From an uncultured Phycisphaerales bacterium (lineage in GTDB: Bacteria; Planctomycetota; Phycisphaerae; Phycisphaerales; SM1A02), in contig CASICI010000008.1 in NCBI GenBank assembly GCA_949373145.1, forward strand, positions 63,078 through 127,077: DNA of 64,000 nt, in the 5' to 3' direction. Positions within the stretch are counted from its first letter, which is position 1, and each line of letters begins with the position of its first letter. The notes beneath the pieces are model-generated. The model saw only the letters and a list, made by a program, of their open reading frames with translations, did not search any database and was not told the origin of the DNA. A program made the position numbers and the translations under genes. This document shows, piece after piece, positions 46,648 through 56,742 of this stretch.

Positions 46648-47610
46648 ATGCAGCGACGTCAGAGCGAGCCTTTTGACCCAGAACCGGATACCCTAGTCAT
46701 CGTGAAAATCATCAGCACAGGTTCAGAACTCACCAAAGTGTCGCGAAAACTCTCAATCGAGGATTCGCGCCCGGTGGTCGTGATGACGATGGGCGCGCTG
46801 CACGAAGGGCATTGCTCGTTGATCAGAAAGGCCGCCACCATCGGCCGACCGGTGCTGGTGAGCATCTTTGTGAACCCCACCCAATTCGCTCCTCACGAGG
46901 ATTTCAACGATTACCCGAGAGATCTCGCCCGAGATTGCAAGGTGGCGGAGGACTCGGGAGCGGACCTGCTCTTCACCCCTGATTCGGACGAGATCTATCC
47001 AGAGGGTCTCAAGAACGCGACCACGACGGCGCAGAGGCTGAAACTTCCTGACGTGGCCACCCGTCCCGGACTCGAGGATGCGATCCGGCCGAATTTCTTC
47101 AGTGGCGTGTGCCTCGTCGTGAGCCGCCTTCTGGAACTGACCAAACCAAGACATTGCCTCTTCGGCGAAAAGGACTACCAGCAACTGCTGGTGCTGAAGG
47201 ACATGATCAAGGACAGATCCGACCGATTCGGCATCATCGAAGTCGAGGGGGCTCCCACGATCAGGGCGGAATCCGGACTTGCGCTCAGTTCACGAAACAT
47301 GCATCTCAGCGAAGAACAGAAGGACCATGCACTGGGACTTCGACGCTCGCTGGAAGCGGCAAGCACCTGCTCGACCATCGAAGAGGCCCAGGTCCGCATG
47401 AGACAGATCCTGGTCGAACATGAGCTCGACATCGACTACGCCGCCATCAGAGACGCGGAGACGCTCACGCCACCGACACAGTCGAATCGTCCGCTGCGAG
47501 CACTCGTGGCCGCACGGCTCGGGTCGGTCAGGTTGATCGACAACTGTGAAATCACACTCGCCCAGTCGCCTCCGCGCGCGGATGAGGAAGTCGCCCCTCC
47601 GGAGGAGTGA
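46648..47610 (+). CDS. panC: pantoate--beta-alanine ligase
   Basis: MTMGALHEGHCSLI, VSIFVNPTQF, FGEKDYQQL and LALSSRN. Confidence 0.85.
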   Translation: MQRRQSEPFDPEPDTLVIVKIISTGSELTKVSRKLSIEDSRPVVVMTMGALHEGHCSLIRKAATIGRPVLVSIFVNPTQFAPHEDFNDYPRDLARDCKVAEDSGADLLFTPDSDEIYPEGLKNATTTAQRLKLPDVATRPGLEDAIRPNFFSGVCLVVSRLLELTKPRHCLFGEKDYQQLLVLKDMIKDRSDRFGIIEVEGAPTIRAESGLALSSRNMHLSEEQKDHALGLRRSLEAASTCSTIEEAQVRMRQILVEHELDIDYAAIRDAETLTPPTQSNRPLRALVAARLGSVRLIDNCEITLAQSPPRADEEVAPPEE

Positions 47611-47682
47611 CCTGGTGAGTCGGTTCGAACGAAACGGGCTCCAGATTCTTTTCAGACCTGTCAACCAGTGAGGACGACACCC

Positions 47683-48918
47683 ATGCCTCGAAGACGACTT
47701 TTCGCGACCGCTCTCGGTGTTTCGATTCTGTGCGCGCATGCCACGTGCGCACATGCGGGCTCCAACGCATCCTCCCCGTCGCCCGAGCAACGCTCATCCG
47801 ACAGTCAGTTGAAGACGGAGCGGACATCCGACGGCGGCAAGAGCGAGCAGCTCTGGCTGGAACGACTGAATCAGGAGGATGCCCTCGCGGCATCCAAAGC
47901 CGCAGGCTGGGCCGCCCCCCCATTTCCTGCCGACGCACGGTGGTTTTCCGAAAAGGGCCCCGCACTCGAAGATCTCAGGGGAAAGGTGGTCGTGATTCAG
48001 ACCATGTCCACGAAAGGCCCCGGAAAAGCCGCCGGGACCAGACTGGGCAGAACGCTCAAGACTCTGAAGGACGAAGAGGATCTCGCCGTGATCGCGGTTC
48101 ACATGCCTCGAAATCTGGAGCGAGCGGACGTCATTCTCGAATCGATGGACATGACGGTCCCGGTCATGATCGACGAGGATGGTTCGTGGTGCGACCTGGT
48201 CGGGGCGTTCGAACGGCCGATCACGCACGTCATCGATCGAAAGGGAACCCTGCGATACGCAGGGGTCGCGAATGCCAGACTTGAAAAAGCCGTCAGGCAC
48301 CTGCTGGCGGAACCACGCCCGGACGAAGGGGAGGAACCTCGTGCCCGCCCAACCGCGGAAGCGCTGGAGAAGCTGAATCCGAAAACGCCTTTCCCTCCGA
48401 CGACCGGCTCCGTGAGTTCGGCCGCGGATCGACGAAATCAGCAGGCGGAACCGTTCTACGTCGAGTCGTATTTTCTTCCCACTGCCGGCAACGCGACCGG
48501 CAAGGTGGTCATTCTCGATTTCTGGGCGACATGGTGCGGACCGTGCATCAGAGCCGTGCCGCACATGAACGAGATCCAGCGACATTTCGGTTCGGAAGTG
48601 ATCTGCCTGGGCATCTCGGATGAAAAGAACTTCAAGATCGACTTCGCGGTTCGAAAACTGAAGAAACAGGATTTCGCCTACGGACTCGCGGTCGACACCA
48701 GCAGCCGGCTCAAGAATTTCTTTCAGATCAGAGGGATCCCGCACGTGGTCGTGCTCAGCTCGGACTGGGTGGTCCGCTGGCAGGGAAACCCGATGTCACT
48801 GACGATCGACATGGTGGAAGCGTTCGTGCAGGCGAATGCATCGCTCACCAATTCGGAGGAACCACTTGGTGCGCTTCCGAGGATGCGATGGAAGAATGAA
48901 CTCGGAAGGTCCGACTAG
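47683..48918 (+). CDS. secreted TlpA/redoxin-like protein with two thioredoxin-fold halves
   Basis: Signal-like MPRRRLFATALGVSILCAHA. The second half has ILDFWATWCGPC, the classic thioredoxin motif. The first half aligns in layout (GKVVVIQTMSTKGPGKAAG) but has no CXXC. Confidence 0.7.
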   Translation: MPRRRLFATALGVSILCAHATCAHAGSNASSPSPEQRSSDSQLKTERTSDGGKSEQLWLERLNQEDALAASKAAGWAAPPFPADARWFSEKGPALEDLRGKVVVIQTMSTKGPGKAAGTRLGRTLKTLKDEEDLAVIAVHMPRNLERADVILESMDMTVPVMIDEDGSWCDLVGAFERPITHVIDRKGTLRYAGVANARLEKAVRHLLAEPRPDEGEEPRARPTAEALEKLNPKTPFPPTTGSVSSAADRRNQQAEPFYVESYFLPTAGNATGKVVILDFWATWCGPCIRAVPHMNEIQRHFGSEVICLGISDEKNFKIDFAVRKLKKQDFAYGLAVDTSSRLKNFFQIRGIPHVVVLSSDWVVRWQGNPMSLTIDMVEAFVQANASLTNSEEPLGALPRMRWKNELGRSD

Positions 48919-48924
48919 ATCGAC

Positions 48925-49929
48925 TCAGGCCTGGCGGTCGACGACCGCATCGGCAAGCGTATGAAGCAGATCACGGGCGCTTGAGGGCACGAAGACCGCA
49001 AGTCCCTTCTTGGCCTCATTGACCAGTCGAGTGGCTTCGTCGCGAGCGGCGTCGATCGACCCGGATCCCGCGAGACGCTCGCGAAGTCCGGCCTGATCAC
49101 ATTTTCTGATCATCGTGACGGTCTTCTTGCGTTCCGCTTCGGTCTCGCCTTCAAGGTGGAGCAGCAGCGGAAGGGTGAGTTTTCCGGTGGCGATGTCACG
49201 TCCGGTCGATTTACCGACCACATCAAGGTCACCCAGGAGATCCAGAAGGTCGTCCTGAATCTGGAAGGCGACACCGAGATGGCTACCGAATCGTTCGGCG
49301 GCGTCGACCATTTCGTCCGGGGCGTTCGAGAGCGCGGCACCGACTCGACAGCATGCGCCGACGAGAACCGCCGTCTTTCGTCTGAGAATCTCCATGTAGG
49401 TCGCCACATCGAGCTCGAAGTTCTCACGATTCGAGAGCTGCAGAAGCTCACCCTCGCACAGGGTGTTGGTGACGGACCCGAGCAGTTCGTTGATCGATGG
49501 CTCGCCTTCGGTGGAACAGAGATGGAAGGCGTTCGAGATCAGATAGTCACCAAGCATGACCGCGGTCTCGTTTCCGCGAAGGGAATTGACGGTGGCCCCG
49601 CGGCGTCTGAAGTCCGCCTCGTCGAGAACGTCGTCATGCACCAGAGTGGCCATGTGGATCATTTCGAGAACCGTCGCCACCGTCCGATGCCGAGGAGAGA
49701 TCGCAGAGCCGTCACAGGGGTCGCCCTCGACTGCAAGGGCGGTCAGAAGAAGCAGTGTGGGGCGCAGCATCTTGCCGCGATAGCGCTCGACGTGCTCGGC
49801 GAGCGCGTTGACATCGTCGAGGTCACTGTGAAGCTGCCTGGAGAAGATGATGCCGACCTTCTCCAGTTCGGCATGAAGGACCTTGGCGATCTGAAGATGT
49901 CTTGGGGCGGTTTGGAGCATCATGGTCAA
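48925..49929 (-). CDS. ispB: polyprenyl diphosphate synthase (IspB-like)
   Basis: First Asp-rich motif LVHDDVLDEADFRRG and second FQIQDDLLD. Confidence 0.85.
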   Translation of the reverse strand: MTMMLQTAPRHLQIAKVLHAELEKVGIIFSRQLHSDLDDVNALAEHVERYRGKMLRPTLLLLTALAVEGDPCDGSAISPRHRTVATVLEMIHMATLVHDDVLDEADFRRRGATVNSLRGNETAVMLGDYLISNAFHLCSTEGEPSINELLGSVTNTLCEGELLQLSNRENFELDVATYMEILRRKTAVLVGACCRVGAALSNAPDEMVDAAERFGSHLGVAFQIQDDLLDLLGDLDVVGKSTGRDIATGKLTLPLLLHLEGETEAERKKTVTMIRKCDQAGLRERLAGSGSIDAARDEATRLVNEAKKGLAVFVPSSARDLLHTLADAVVDRQA

Positions 49930-49956
49930 TCATAGGCAACGGAGTGCCGAGTTCAC

Positions 49957-50823
49957 TCACTTCTCGGCGACTATGTAGACAATCCAGCCGGCACAGGGCT
50001 CACCCACGGTTTCGGCGGTGAATTCACCGTTTCCATCTTCGCCATCCTCTTCGGTTCCCTCCCAGTAGACCGAAGCCTTGGAGAACCCCGCTTCGAGGAG
50101 GATCTCGGTGATCTCCGGCAAGGTCCATAATCTCCACTCGTAGATGAAGGCATCCTTCATCTTGGTCCCATCCGGGAAGTGAAAGTGAATCTTGTTGATC
50201 ACGTCCCCGTTGATGGGGTTGTAGTGATTCTGGTCCCAGACATAGGTGAATCCGTCGAGGTCACGCTCCTCTTCCATCTCGGTGAAGGAGTCACTTCCGC
50301 CGTAGGCATCGAGGACGAAGAGTCCATCATCGACCAGTGAGGCATGCACTTTTTCGAAGTACCCGCGAAGATGCTCGCGAGTCTTGAAGAGGAAGTAGCT
50401 GAAATTCATCGCAAGCACGGTCTCCACCGGTCTGGTGGAGACATCAAGAACGTTTTCGAGTCTGATTTCGAGACGTTCGAGCTGCTCTTCCGTCAATCGC
50501 TCACGATTCTTGGCCATCCCCCAGGCGACGACTTCCTCGTCGAGATCGACACCGATCGAATGATTGTCTTCGCGTCTTCTCAGCCATTCGGCACTGGTCT
50601 GAGCGGTACCGCAGAAATCCTCTCGAAGCACAGAGGCCGTACGCCCGCGGATCTCGTTCCAGACCTGCTCGACGAAATCGATCTCGGCTTCGGTGTTCTG
50701 CACGGAGCGCTCGTAGAGATCGTGCCTGTCCGCGGTCTCAAGCGTCTCCCAATGGGCTCGCGCTTCGGCCTTTTCCTTCGCCTTCTTGCGGCGCCGCTTC
50801 GACTTGTCTTTGGTATCGCTCAT
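49957..50823 (-). CDS. class I SAM-dependent methyltransferase-like protein with a Lys/Arg-rich N-terminus
   Basis: VLREDFCGTA (motif I-like) and LFVLDAYGG. Family assignment is by motif only. Confidence 0.6.
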   Translation of the reverse strand: MSDTKDKSKRRRKKAKEKAEARAHWETLETADRHDLYERSVQNTEAEIDFVEQVWNEIRGRTASVLREDFCGTAQTSAEWLRRREDNHSIGVDLDEEVVAWGMAKNRERLTEEQLERLEIRLENVLDVSTRPVETVLAMNFSYFLFKTREHLRGYFEKVHASLVDDGLFVLDAYGGSDSFTEMEEERDLDGFTYVWDQNHYNPINGDVINKIHFHFPDGTKMKDAFIYEWRLWTLPEITEILLEAGFSKASVYWEGTEEDGEDGNGEFTAETVGEPCAGWIVYIVAEK

Positions 50824-50899
50824 AGGGGACCAAGTGTAGCGAACGGCAGGTTCAACGTCCCGGTTTGACCGAGGACCTTCCTTCGAGGATCCTCAGAGC

Positions 50900-51820
50900 A
50901 TGCGACTGCTGAAATCAACGCTTCTGACGACCGCGACCCTTTTCGTCGCCGGGTGTTCGGTCCACGGCCCGGTGCTTCCTGCGGAGACCACCCCCCCACG
51001 ATCGCTGACGATTCATCGAGGTGAGACGGGAACACCCACCGACTTCACGACTCTGATGTTGCCTGGTCTGACGGATGCGGATGTCATCGTGCTGGGCGAG
51101 GAACACGACGACGTCCTGGGGCACCGCCTCCAGAGAGAGATCGTGAAGGAACTCATCCGGACCCGCCCCGGACTCGTCGTCGGTCTGGAGATGCTCGAAA
51201 GAGACAAGCAAGACGCCGTCGATGCCTACATGAGCGATCAGATCGATCGTGACGAACTGCTCACCGAACTGCACGAAGGCCCGAAGGCACGGGCCAATTT
51301 CACACGTTTCTCGCTTCCCATGCTGGAGCTCGCCAAGGCACACGACATTCCGGTTTTCGCGGCGAACGCACCGCGTCACTATGTCAAACAGGCGAGACTC
51401 GAAGGATATGACTCGCTGCAAGCGCTTCCGGCCGAGGAACAAGCCCTCTTCACTCTTCCCGAAGCACTCGATGAGGGCGCCTATCGAGACCGGCTGAAGG
51501 CCCTTCTGGTCGAGAACGGCATCGATCCAACCGACGAAAGACTGCTTCCGGGACAGCGAGCACAGGAGGTCTGGGACGCGACGATGGCCGACTCCGTGTG
51601 CAACGCACTCGAGCGGGATGGTGACCCGGTGCTTCTCGTGGTGGGTCGATTTCATGGAGATTTCGGCGGCGGTACCATCGCAAGAATAGAAGGCATGAGA
51701 CCGGGAATCGATGTTCGCTACGTGGTGATGGTGGGTTCACCGTCGGGCCCGCTGCGTCACGAAGACCGGGGCCGGGCCGACTTCGTCATTTACACCGATG
51801 CCCGAAGAGCGAACGAATAG
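50900..51820 (+). CDS. ChaN-family (haem-binding, Tiki/DUF399-like) lipoprotein
   Basis: Lipobox LFVAGC. DVIVLGEEHDDVLGHRLQREIV is the ChaN-type motif. Confidence 0.6.
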   Translation: MRLLKSTLLTTATLFVAGCSVHGPVLPAETTPPRSLTIHRGETGTPTDFTTLMLPGLTDADVIVLGEEHDDVLGHRLQREIVKELIRTRPGLVVGLEMLERDKQDAVDAYMSDQIDRDELLTELHEGPKARANFTRFSLPMLELAKAHDIPVFAANAPRHYVKQARLEGYDSLQALPAEEQALFTLPEALDEGAYRDRLKALLVENGIDPTDERLLPGQRAQEVWDATMADSVCNALERDGDPVLLVVGRFHGDFGGGTIARIEGMRPGIDVRYVVMVGSPSGPLRHEDRGRADFVIYTDARRANE

Positions 51821-51847
51821 CTCGAAGGCGGAGTGCGAGATCAGACC

Positions 51848-52813
51848 ATGAAAGACCACAGAGCGGTGCCGGGACAGGCAACGAGACAAGACGACAAGGC
51901 GGTGGTGTTCATCGGCGGGTCGGGACGAAGCGGTTCAACGCTGATCGATCTGTTGTTGAACAACCACCCCTCGGTCCAATCGGTCGGTGAAGTCCACCGC
52001 TTGAATCTCTACGCACGCGAGAATTCCGAACCATGCACCTGTGGCAGTCCGGTCTCCACCTGTCCCTTCTGGCTCGAGATCGAAGCGGACATGCGAGGTC
52101 GTCTCGGCTGGGGCGCGGATCGTCATCCACTCCGGGAGACGGAGATCATGCTGATTCCAGCGGAGGTGAACCCTGCGCTCGCCATGATTCAGAAAGCCGC
52201 CATGTTCGCGGCCCCGAGACCCGTGGGGCGATGGGTCAACAAGTCGTTCGCGCCCGCACACCAGAGAGCGATCGAGATGTCGATGCTCTGGTACGACGCC
52301 ATTCGAAACGTCACCGAAACCCGGGTGATCATCGATTCTTCGAAGGATGCTCGCCGGCTGAAGGCGCTCTATCTGACGGCACCCGATCAGTTCAGGTTGC
52401 TCAACATGATCAGGGATGGCCGAGCGGTGAGCGCCTCCGCGATCCGCAGAACCGGCATGCCGATGGCACGAGCCGCCTTCGAATGGAAGCGAAGCCAGAG
52501 GCACACCCGCCTGACGTCCTACGGAATTCCGACGGACCAGAGAATGAAGGTCCACTACGAGGAACTGTGCCGTGATCCGGAAGCGACCATGAAAAAGGTC
52601 TGTGGATTCCTGGGACTGGAGTACGGCCCGGAGATACTCACACTGCGCAAGTCGCAAGCGCACAACATCGGTGGAAACCCCATGCGCTTCAAGACCGGCG
52701 AACGAGAGATCACTCTCGATGAACGCTGGCGAGATCAGTTGTCAGACCGGGAACTTCTGGAATTCGACCGGATCGCCGGCGATGAGAATCGCCGCTTGGG
52801 ATACGGGGACTGA
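51848..52813 (+). CDS. sulfotransferase family protein
   Basis: VFIGGSGRSGSTLI (5'-PSB loop-like). Overall size and layout fit. ATG at 51848 (the track start is a GTG at 51833). Confidence 0.6.
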   Translation: MKDHRAVPGQATRQDDKAVVFIGGSGRSGSTLIDLLLNNHPSVQSVGEVHRLNLYARENSEPCTCGSPVSTCPFWLEIEADMRGRLGWGADRHPLRETEIMLIPAEVNPALAMIQKAAMFAAPRPVGRWVNKSFAPAHQRAIEMSMLWYDAIRNVTETRVIIDSSKDARRLKALYLTAPDQFRLLNMIRDGRAVSASAIRRTGMPMARAAFEWKRSQRHTRLTSYGIPTDQRMKVHYEELCRDPEATMKKVCGFLGLEYGPEILTLRKSQAHNIGGNPMRFKTGEREITLDERWRDQLSDRELLEFDRIAGDENRRLGYGD

Positions 52814-52876
52814 ATGTCTCGGAGTGGTCGCAGAGGGCCGCTTCCTGAAGTGCACGAAACGTCGAACCGCCGTGCA

Positions 52877-53257
52877 CTAGAGCTTCTTCAGCCACTTCTC
52901 GAGCGTCTGGGCATTCTTCTGCATGTCGAACATCTTGTGGAAACGCATCATCTTGAAGAGCGCGGCGAGATCGTCGTTCAATCCATGAAGCGCCACTTTC
53001 GCTCCGGCGGCCATCGCCTGATTGCGAAGTGCGATGCAGGTGCCCATTCCCATCGAGGACATGAAGGTCACATCGGAAAGATCGATGACCAGCCCCTTCA
53101 GATTGTCTCCGGCCAGTTCGAAGAGCCCTTTGACATCACGATCGATGATGGGCGCTTCCCGCTGGCCCACGTTGGGCCCGACGGGCTTGACGGTGATCAC
53201 GAACGCAGCGAGTTCAGCGCAGACGATGGGATTCTTGACCGTATGTTCGGAAGACAT
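52877..53257 (-). CDS. STAS-domain protein (anti-sigma-factor antagonist-like)
   Basis: 126 aa. VIDLSDVTFMSSMGMGTCIALRNQ matches the SpoIIAA-type STAS core. No partner kinase or sigma factor lies nearby. Confidence 0.65.
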   Translation of the reverse strand: MSSEHTVKNPIVCAELAAFVITVKPVGPNVGQREAPIIDRDVKGLFELAGDNLKGLVIDLSDVTFMSSMGMGTCIALRNQAMAAGAKVALHGLNDDLAALFKMMRFHKMFDMQKNAQTLEKWLKKL

Positions 53258-53372
53258 GGGTTGACCTCTGGGAGACTGTGCAGATGGTGAGAGGGCAGTC
53301 TATCATCAAACCAATCGGACATTGAAGTGATTCATCCCATCCGTGCAGCGAAACAAGCCTGAATGGAGATCC

Positions 53373-54608
53373 ATGAGTGAAATTCTTTTCAAGAACGGAC
53401 GCATTCTGACCATTGCCGGCGAAGGCCGGCAACCAAGAAGAAATAATGCCTTGAGAGAACTCGGGGTCATCGAATCCGGCTGGGTGCACACGAAAGACGG
53501 CCTGATCACGGAAGTCGGCAGCGGACCCGCGCCTGACACCAGAGGACGCGTGATCGATCTTGAAGGCAGAGTCCTGATGCCGGGATTCGTGGACTGTCAC
53601 ACCCATGCCTGCTGGGCGGGCTCGAGGTATGACGAGTTCGATCGCAAGCTCGCTGGTGCGAGCTATCTCGAACTGCTTGCCGAGGGTGGTGGAATCATGT
53701 CCACCGTTCAGGCCGTTCGCCGTGCCTCGGTGGAGGAACTGACCTCGAACCTGATCCATCGGATCGAACAGATGGCCCGACTCGGCACCACGACGGTCGA
53801 AGTCAAATCGGGATACGGACTGAGCACCGAGGCCGAACTGAAGATGCTGGACGCGATTCGCCGTGCAGGGGACACGATGCAGTCGACCGTGGTTGGTACC
53901 TTTCTCGGCGCGCACGCGATCGACCGCGACACCCCGGATTTCGTACGCAAGACCATCAACACCACGCTTCCGGCCGTCGTCGAGGCGCACCCCGGAATCA
54001 CCTGCGATGCCTATTGCGAGGAAGGCGCCTGGTCGCTGGAGGACTGCCGGACCCTGTTCGAGGAAGCCCAATCGATGGGCTGCCCGATCAGAGTGCATGC
54101 GGATCAATTCCACAGTCTCGGGGCGACGCACTTCGCGGTGGAGGCCGGCGCACGAAGCGTCGATCACCTGGAAGCGACGACCAACGAGGAACTCGGAATT
54201 CTCGCGCACTCGGACACCATGGGCGTCCTGCTGCCGTGCAGTGGCTACCACCTCGATGATCGATACGCCGCGGGCCGAGCGCTGATCGACCTCGGAGGTG
54301 CCATGGCCATCGCAAGCAACTGCAATCCGGGCTCCGCTCCCACCCCTTCGATTCCCTTCACGATCCATCTGGCGGTGAATAGGTGCCGCCTCAAGCCGGC
54401 TGAAGCCATCGTGGCGGCCACGTACAACGCCGCCTGCGTGCTTGATCTTCAGGACGACCGAGGCTCGATCGAAGCAGGCAAACGCTCGGATCTGATCGTG
54501 CTGGACACCTGTGACGAGCGCTCATTGGCCTGGGAATTCGCCACTCCGGGACCGAGGATGGTCATGATCGGGGACAGCCTTCATGATCTCACCCCCTTCG
54601 GGGGCTGA
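53373..54608 (+). CDS. hutI: imidazolonepropionase
   Basis: PGFVDCHTHACWAGSR, GGGIMSTV, VKSGYGL and DHLE. Start at the ATG at 53373. Confidence 0.8.
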   Translation: MSEILFKNGRILTIAGEGRQPRRNNALRELGVIESGWVHTKDGLITEVGSGPAPDTRGRVIDLEGRVLMPGFVDCHTHACWAGSRYDEFDRKLAGASYLELLAEGGGIMSTVQAVRRASVEELTSNLIHRIEQMARLGTTTVEVKSGYGLSTEAELKMLDAIRRAGDTMQSTVVGTFLGAHAIDRDTPDFVRKTINTTLPAVVEAHPGITCDAYCEEGAWSLEDCRTLFEEAQSMGCPIRVHADQFHSLGATHFAVEAGARSVDHLEATTNEELGILAHSDTMGVLLPCSGYHLDDRYAAGRALIDLGGAMAIASNCNPGSAPTPSIPFTIHLAVNRCRLKPAEAIVAATYNAACVLDLQDDRGSIEAGKRSDLIVLDTCDERSLAWEFATPGPRMVMIGDSLHDLTPFGG

Positions 54609-54649
54609 GACCGAGGTCAGGTTCGGGCCCACTCGATATCATCGGGCGC

Positions 54650-55465
54650 ATGATCCTCGAATCACAATCGGAAATCGATGGCGCACAAGCTGCGGCAGAG
54701 CGCGTGGTCACCGTTCACGAACGTCTGGTGGAATGGCTCAAGCCGGGCCAGACGTTGAGTGAGGTCGACGCCTTCGTCGCCACCACGCTCAAGGACCTGA
54801 AAAGCGAAAGCGCTTTTCTGGGCTACAAGGCACGCCCGCATCCCAGATTCCCCTCGCATGCCTGCCTGTCGGTGAACGACTGCGTCGTTCACGGCACGCA
54901 CGACATGACCAGCACTCCGCTGAAGGAAGGTGATGTCTTCTCCATCGACATCGGTGTTCTGTACGAAGGCTGGATCGGAGATGCCGCCTGGACCTATGCG
55001 ATCTGCGGTACGGATCCGCAGAATCTCGCTCTGATGAACGCGGGCAAGGACTGCCTTGCCGCAGGAATCAAGATGATGCAACCGGGTCGGCCGCTTCTCG
55101 ATTGGGCACGAGCCGTGGAGGACGTGGCCGAGAAGAAAGCTGGTTTCAAGTTGATTCGTGGCCTCGGCGGCCACGGCTACGGTCGAACCCTGCACGGCCC
55201 GCCGTTCATCTCGAACGTGGTTCCCAAGCATTCGGGCGAGTGGAGCGATGCGTTCACACCATTCAAACCCGGACTGCTGGTGGCGGTCGAACCCATGCTC
55301 AGCGTGGGCACACCTTCCGTGCGCTCTGAAGGCAGAGGCTGGCCGCTGTTCACGACCGACGGTTCGATGAGCGTTCATTACGAGGCGGACATCTTCATCA
55401 CCCCGGAGGGCCCGCTCAATCTGACGGCTGGTCTCTTCGATCTGCCAGACGTCGTCGGACTCTGA
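54650..55465 (+). CDS. map: type I methionine aminopeptidase
   Basis: VVHGTHD, DVFSIDIGVLYEGWIGDAAWTY, GHGYGRTLH and VEPML. Confidence 0.85.
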   Translation: MILESQSEIDGAQAAAERVVTVHERLVEWLKPGQTLSEVDAFVATTLKDLKSESAFLGYKARPHPRFPSHACLSVNDCVVHGTHDMTSTPLKEGDVFSIDIGVLYEGWIGDAAWTYAICGTDPQNLALMNAGKDCLAAGIKMMQPGRPLLDWARAVEDVAEKKAGFKLIRGLGGHGYGRTLHGPPFISNVVPKHSGEWSDAFTPFKPGLLVAVEPMLSVGTPSVRSEGRGWPLFTTDGSMSVHYEADIFITPEGPLNLTAGLFDLPDVVGL

Positions 55466-55493
55466 ACGACTCGAACTCGAGAGGCGATCCAGC

Positions 55494-56714
55494 ATGACTG
55501 AGACGACACGTGGCAGGATCGTTCTTCTGGAAGGGATTCACCCCTCGGCCGAAGCACGCCTCGAGACGACCGGCATGGAGATCGTCAGAATGGACGGTTC
55601 CCTGGAGAGGAGCGAGCTTCAAAGCGTTCTTCGGGAAGCCACCATGCTGGGCATCAGAAGCCGGACACAGCTCGATGAGGCGCTCATCAGAAACGCTCCG
55701 AACCTCCAGGCGATCGGATGCTTCTGCATCGGAACGAACCAGGTCGATCTCACATGCTCCGCGACATTGGGCATTCCCGTCTTCAACGCACCGTTTTCAA
55801 ACACCCGAAGCGTGGCCGAGCTCACGCTCGCCGAGATCGTGATGCTGATGCGTCGCATTCCGCAGCGAAGTGCCGACATGCATGCCGGAAAATGGCGCAA
55901 GTCCGCGGCAGGCTCCCGAGAGGTTCGGGGAAGAACTCTGGGAATCATCGGCTACGGACACATCGGATCGCAGCTTTCCATTCTGGCTGAAGCGATCGGA
56001 ATGAAGGTGGTCTACCACGACCACATCTCCAAGCTGCCTCTGGGAAATGCCCATCCTGCGAAGGATCTCGACGAGCTTTTCGCCACTTCCGACGTGGTGA
56101 GTCTGCACGTGCCCGCCACCCCCGCCACCCGGAACATGATCGATGCGAAGTGCCTCGCACGGATGAAACCGAATGCCCTGTTGATCAACAACTCGCGGGG
56201 CGACGTGGTCGAGATCGAGGCTCTGGTCGAGGCCCTTCAAGGCGGCCGACTCGGAGGCGCCGCGATCGACGTGTTTCCGGAAGAACCACGCAGTGGAAAC
56301 AGTGCGTTTGAAACACCGCTGGCAGGCCTTGAAAACGTGCTCCTCACACCCCACATCGGGGGAAACACCCTGGAGGCACAGGCCTCGATCGCAGATGAAG
56401 TCGGTGACAAACTGGTCCGATTCGCTTGTGAAGGCTCCACCGGAACCGCCGTGAACCTGCCCACCGTCGACCTGCCGTCCAGGGGTGAAGGACAGCATCG
56501 AATCCTTCACTTCCATCGGAACGTCCCCGGAGTTCTCGGCACGATGCACTCCGCACTGGCCAACCTCGGGGTCAACATCAACGCCGAATACCTGCAATCG
56601 CAAGGCGAGCTCAGCTACGTGATTCTCGACGTCGACCCCGCAGACGCCGACGCCATCAGGACAGAACTCGAAAAGATCCCGGAAACCATACGCATGCGTA
56701 TCATCGTGGACTGA
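55494..56714 (+). CDS. serA: D-3-phosphoglycerate dehydrogenase with C-terminal ACT domain
   Basis: GIIGYGHIGSQ (NAD fold), SLHVP, NNSRG and TPHIGG. ACT-like C-terminus. Confidence 0.9.
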   Translation: MTETTRGRIVLLEGIHPSAEARLETTGMEIVRMDGSLERSELQSVLREATMLGIRSRTQLDEALIRNAPNLQAIGCFCIGTNQVDLTCSATLGIPVFNAPFSNTRSVAELTLAEIVMLMRRIPQRSADMHAGKWRKSAAGSREVRGRTLGIIGYGHIGSQLSILAEAIGMKVVYHDHISKLPLGNAHPAKDLDELFATSDVVSLHVPATPATRNMIDAKCLARMKPNALLINNSRGDVVEIEALVEALQGGRLGGAAIDVFPEEPRSGNSAFETPLAGLENVLLTPHIGGNTLEAQASIADEVGDKLVRFACEGSTGTAVNLPTVDLPSRGEGQHRILHFHRNVPGVLGTMHSALANLGVNINAEYLQSQGELSYVILDVDPADADAIRTELEKIPETIRMRIIVD

Positions 56715-56742
56715 CTCCACGCACCCACCCCAGAGAGAAGAC

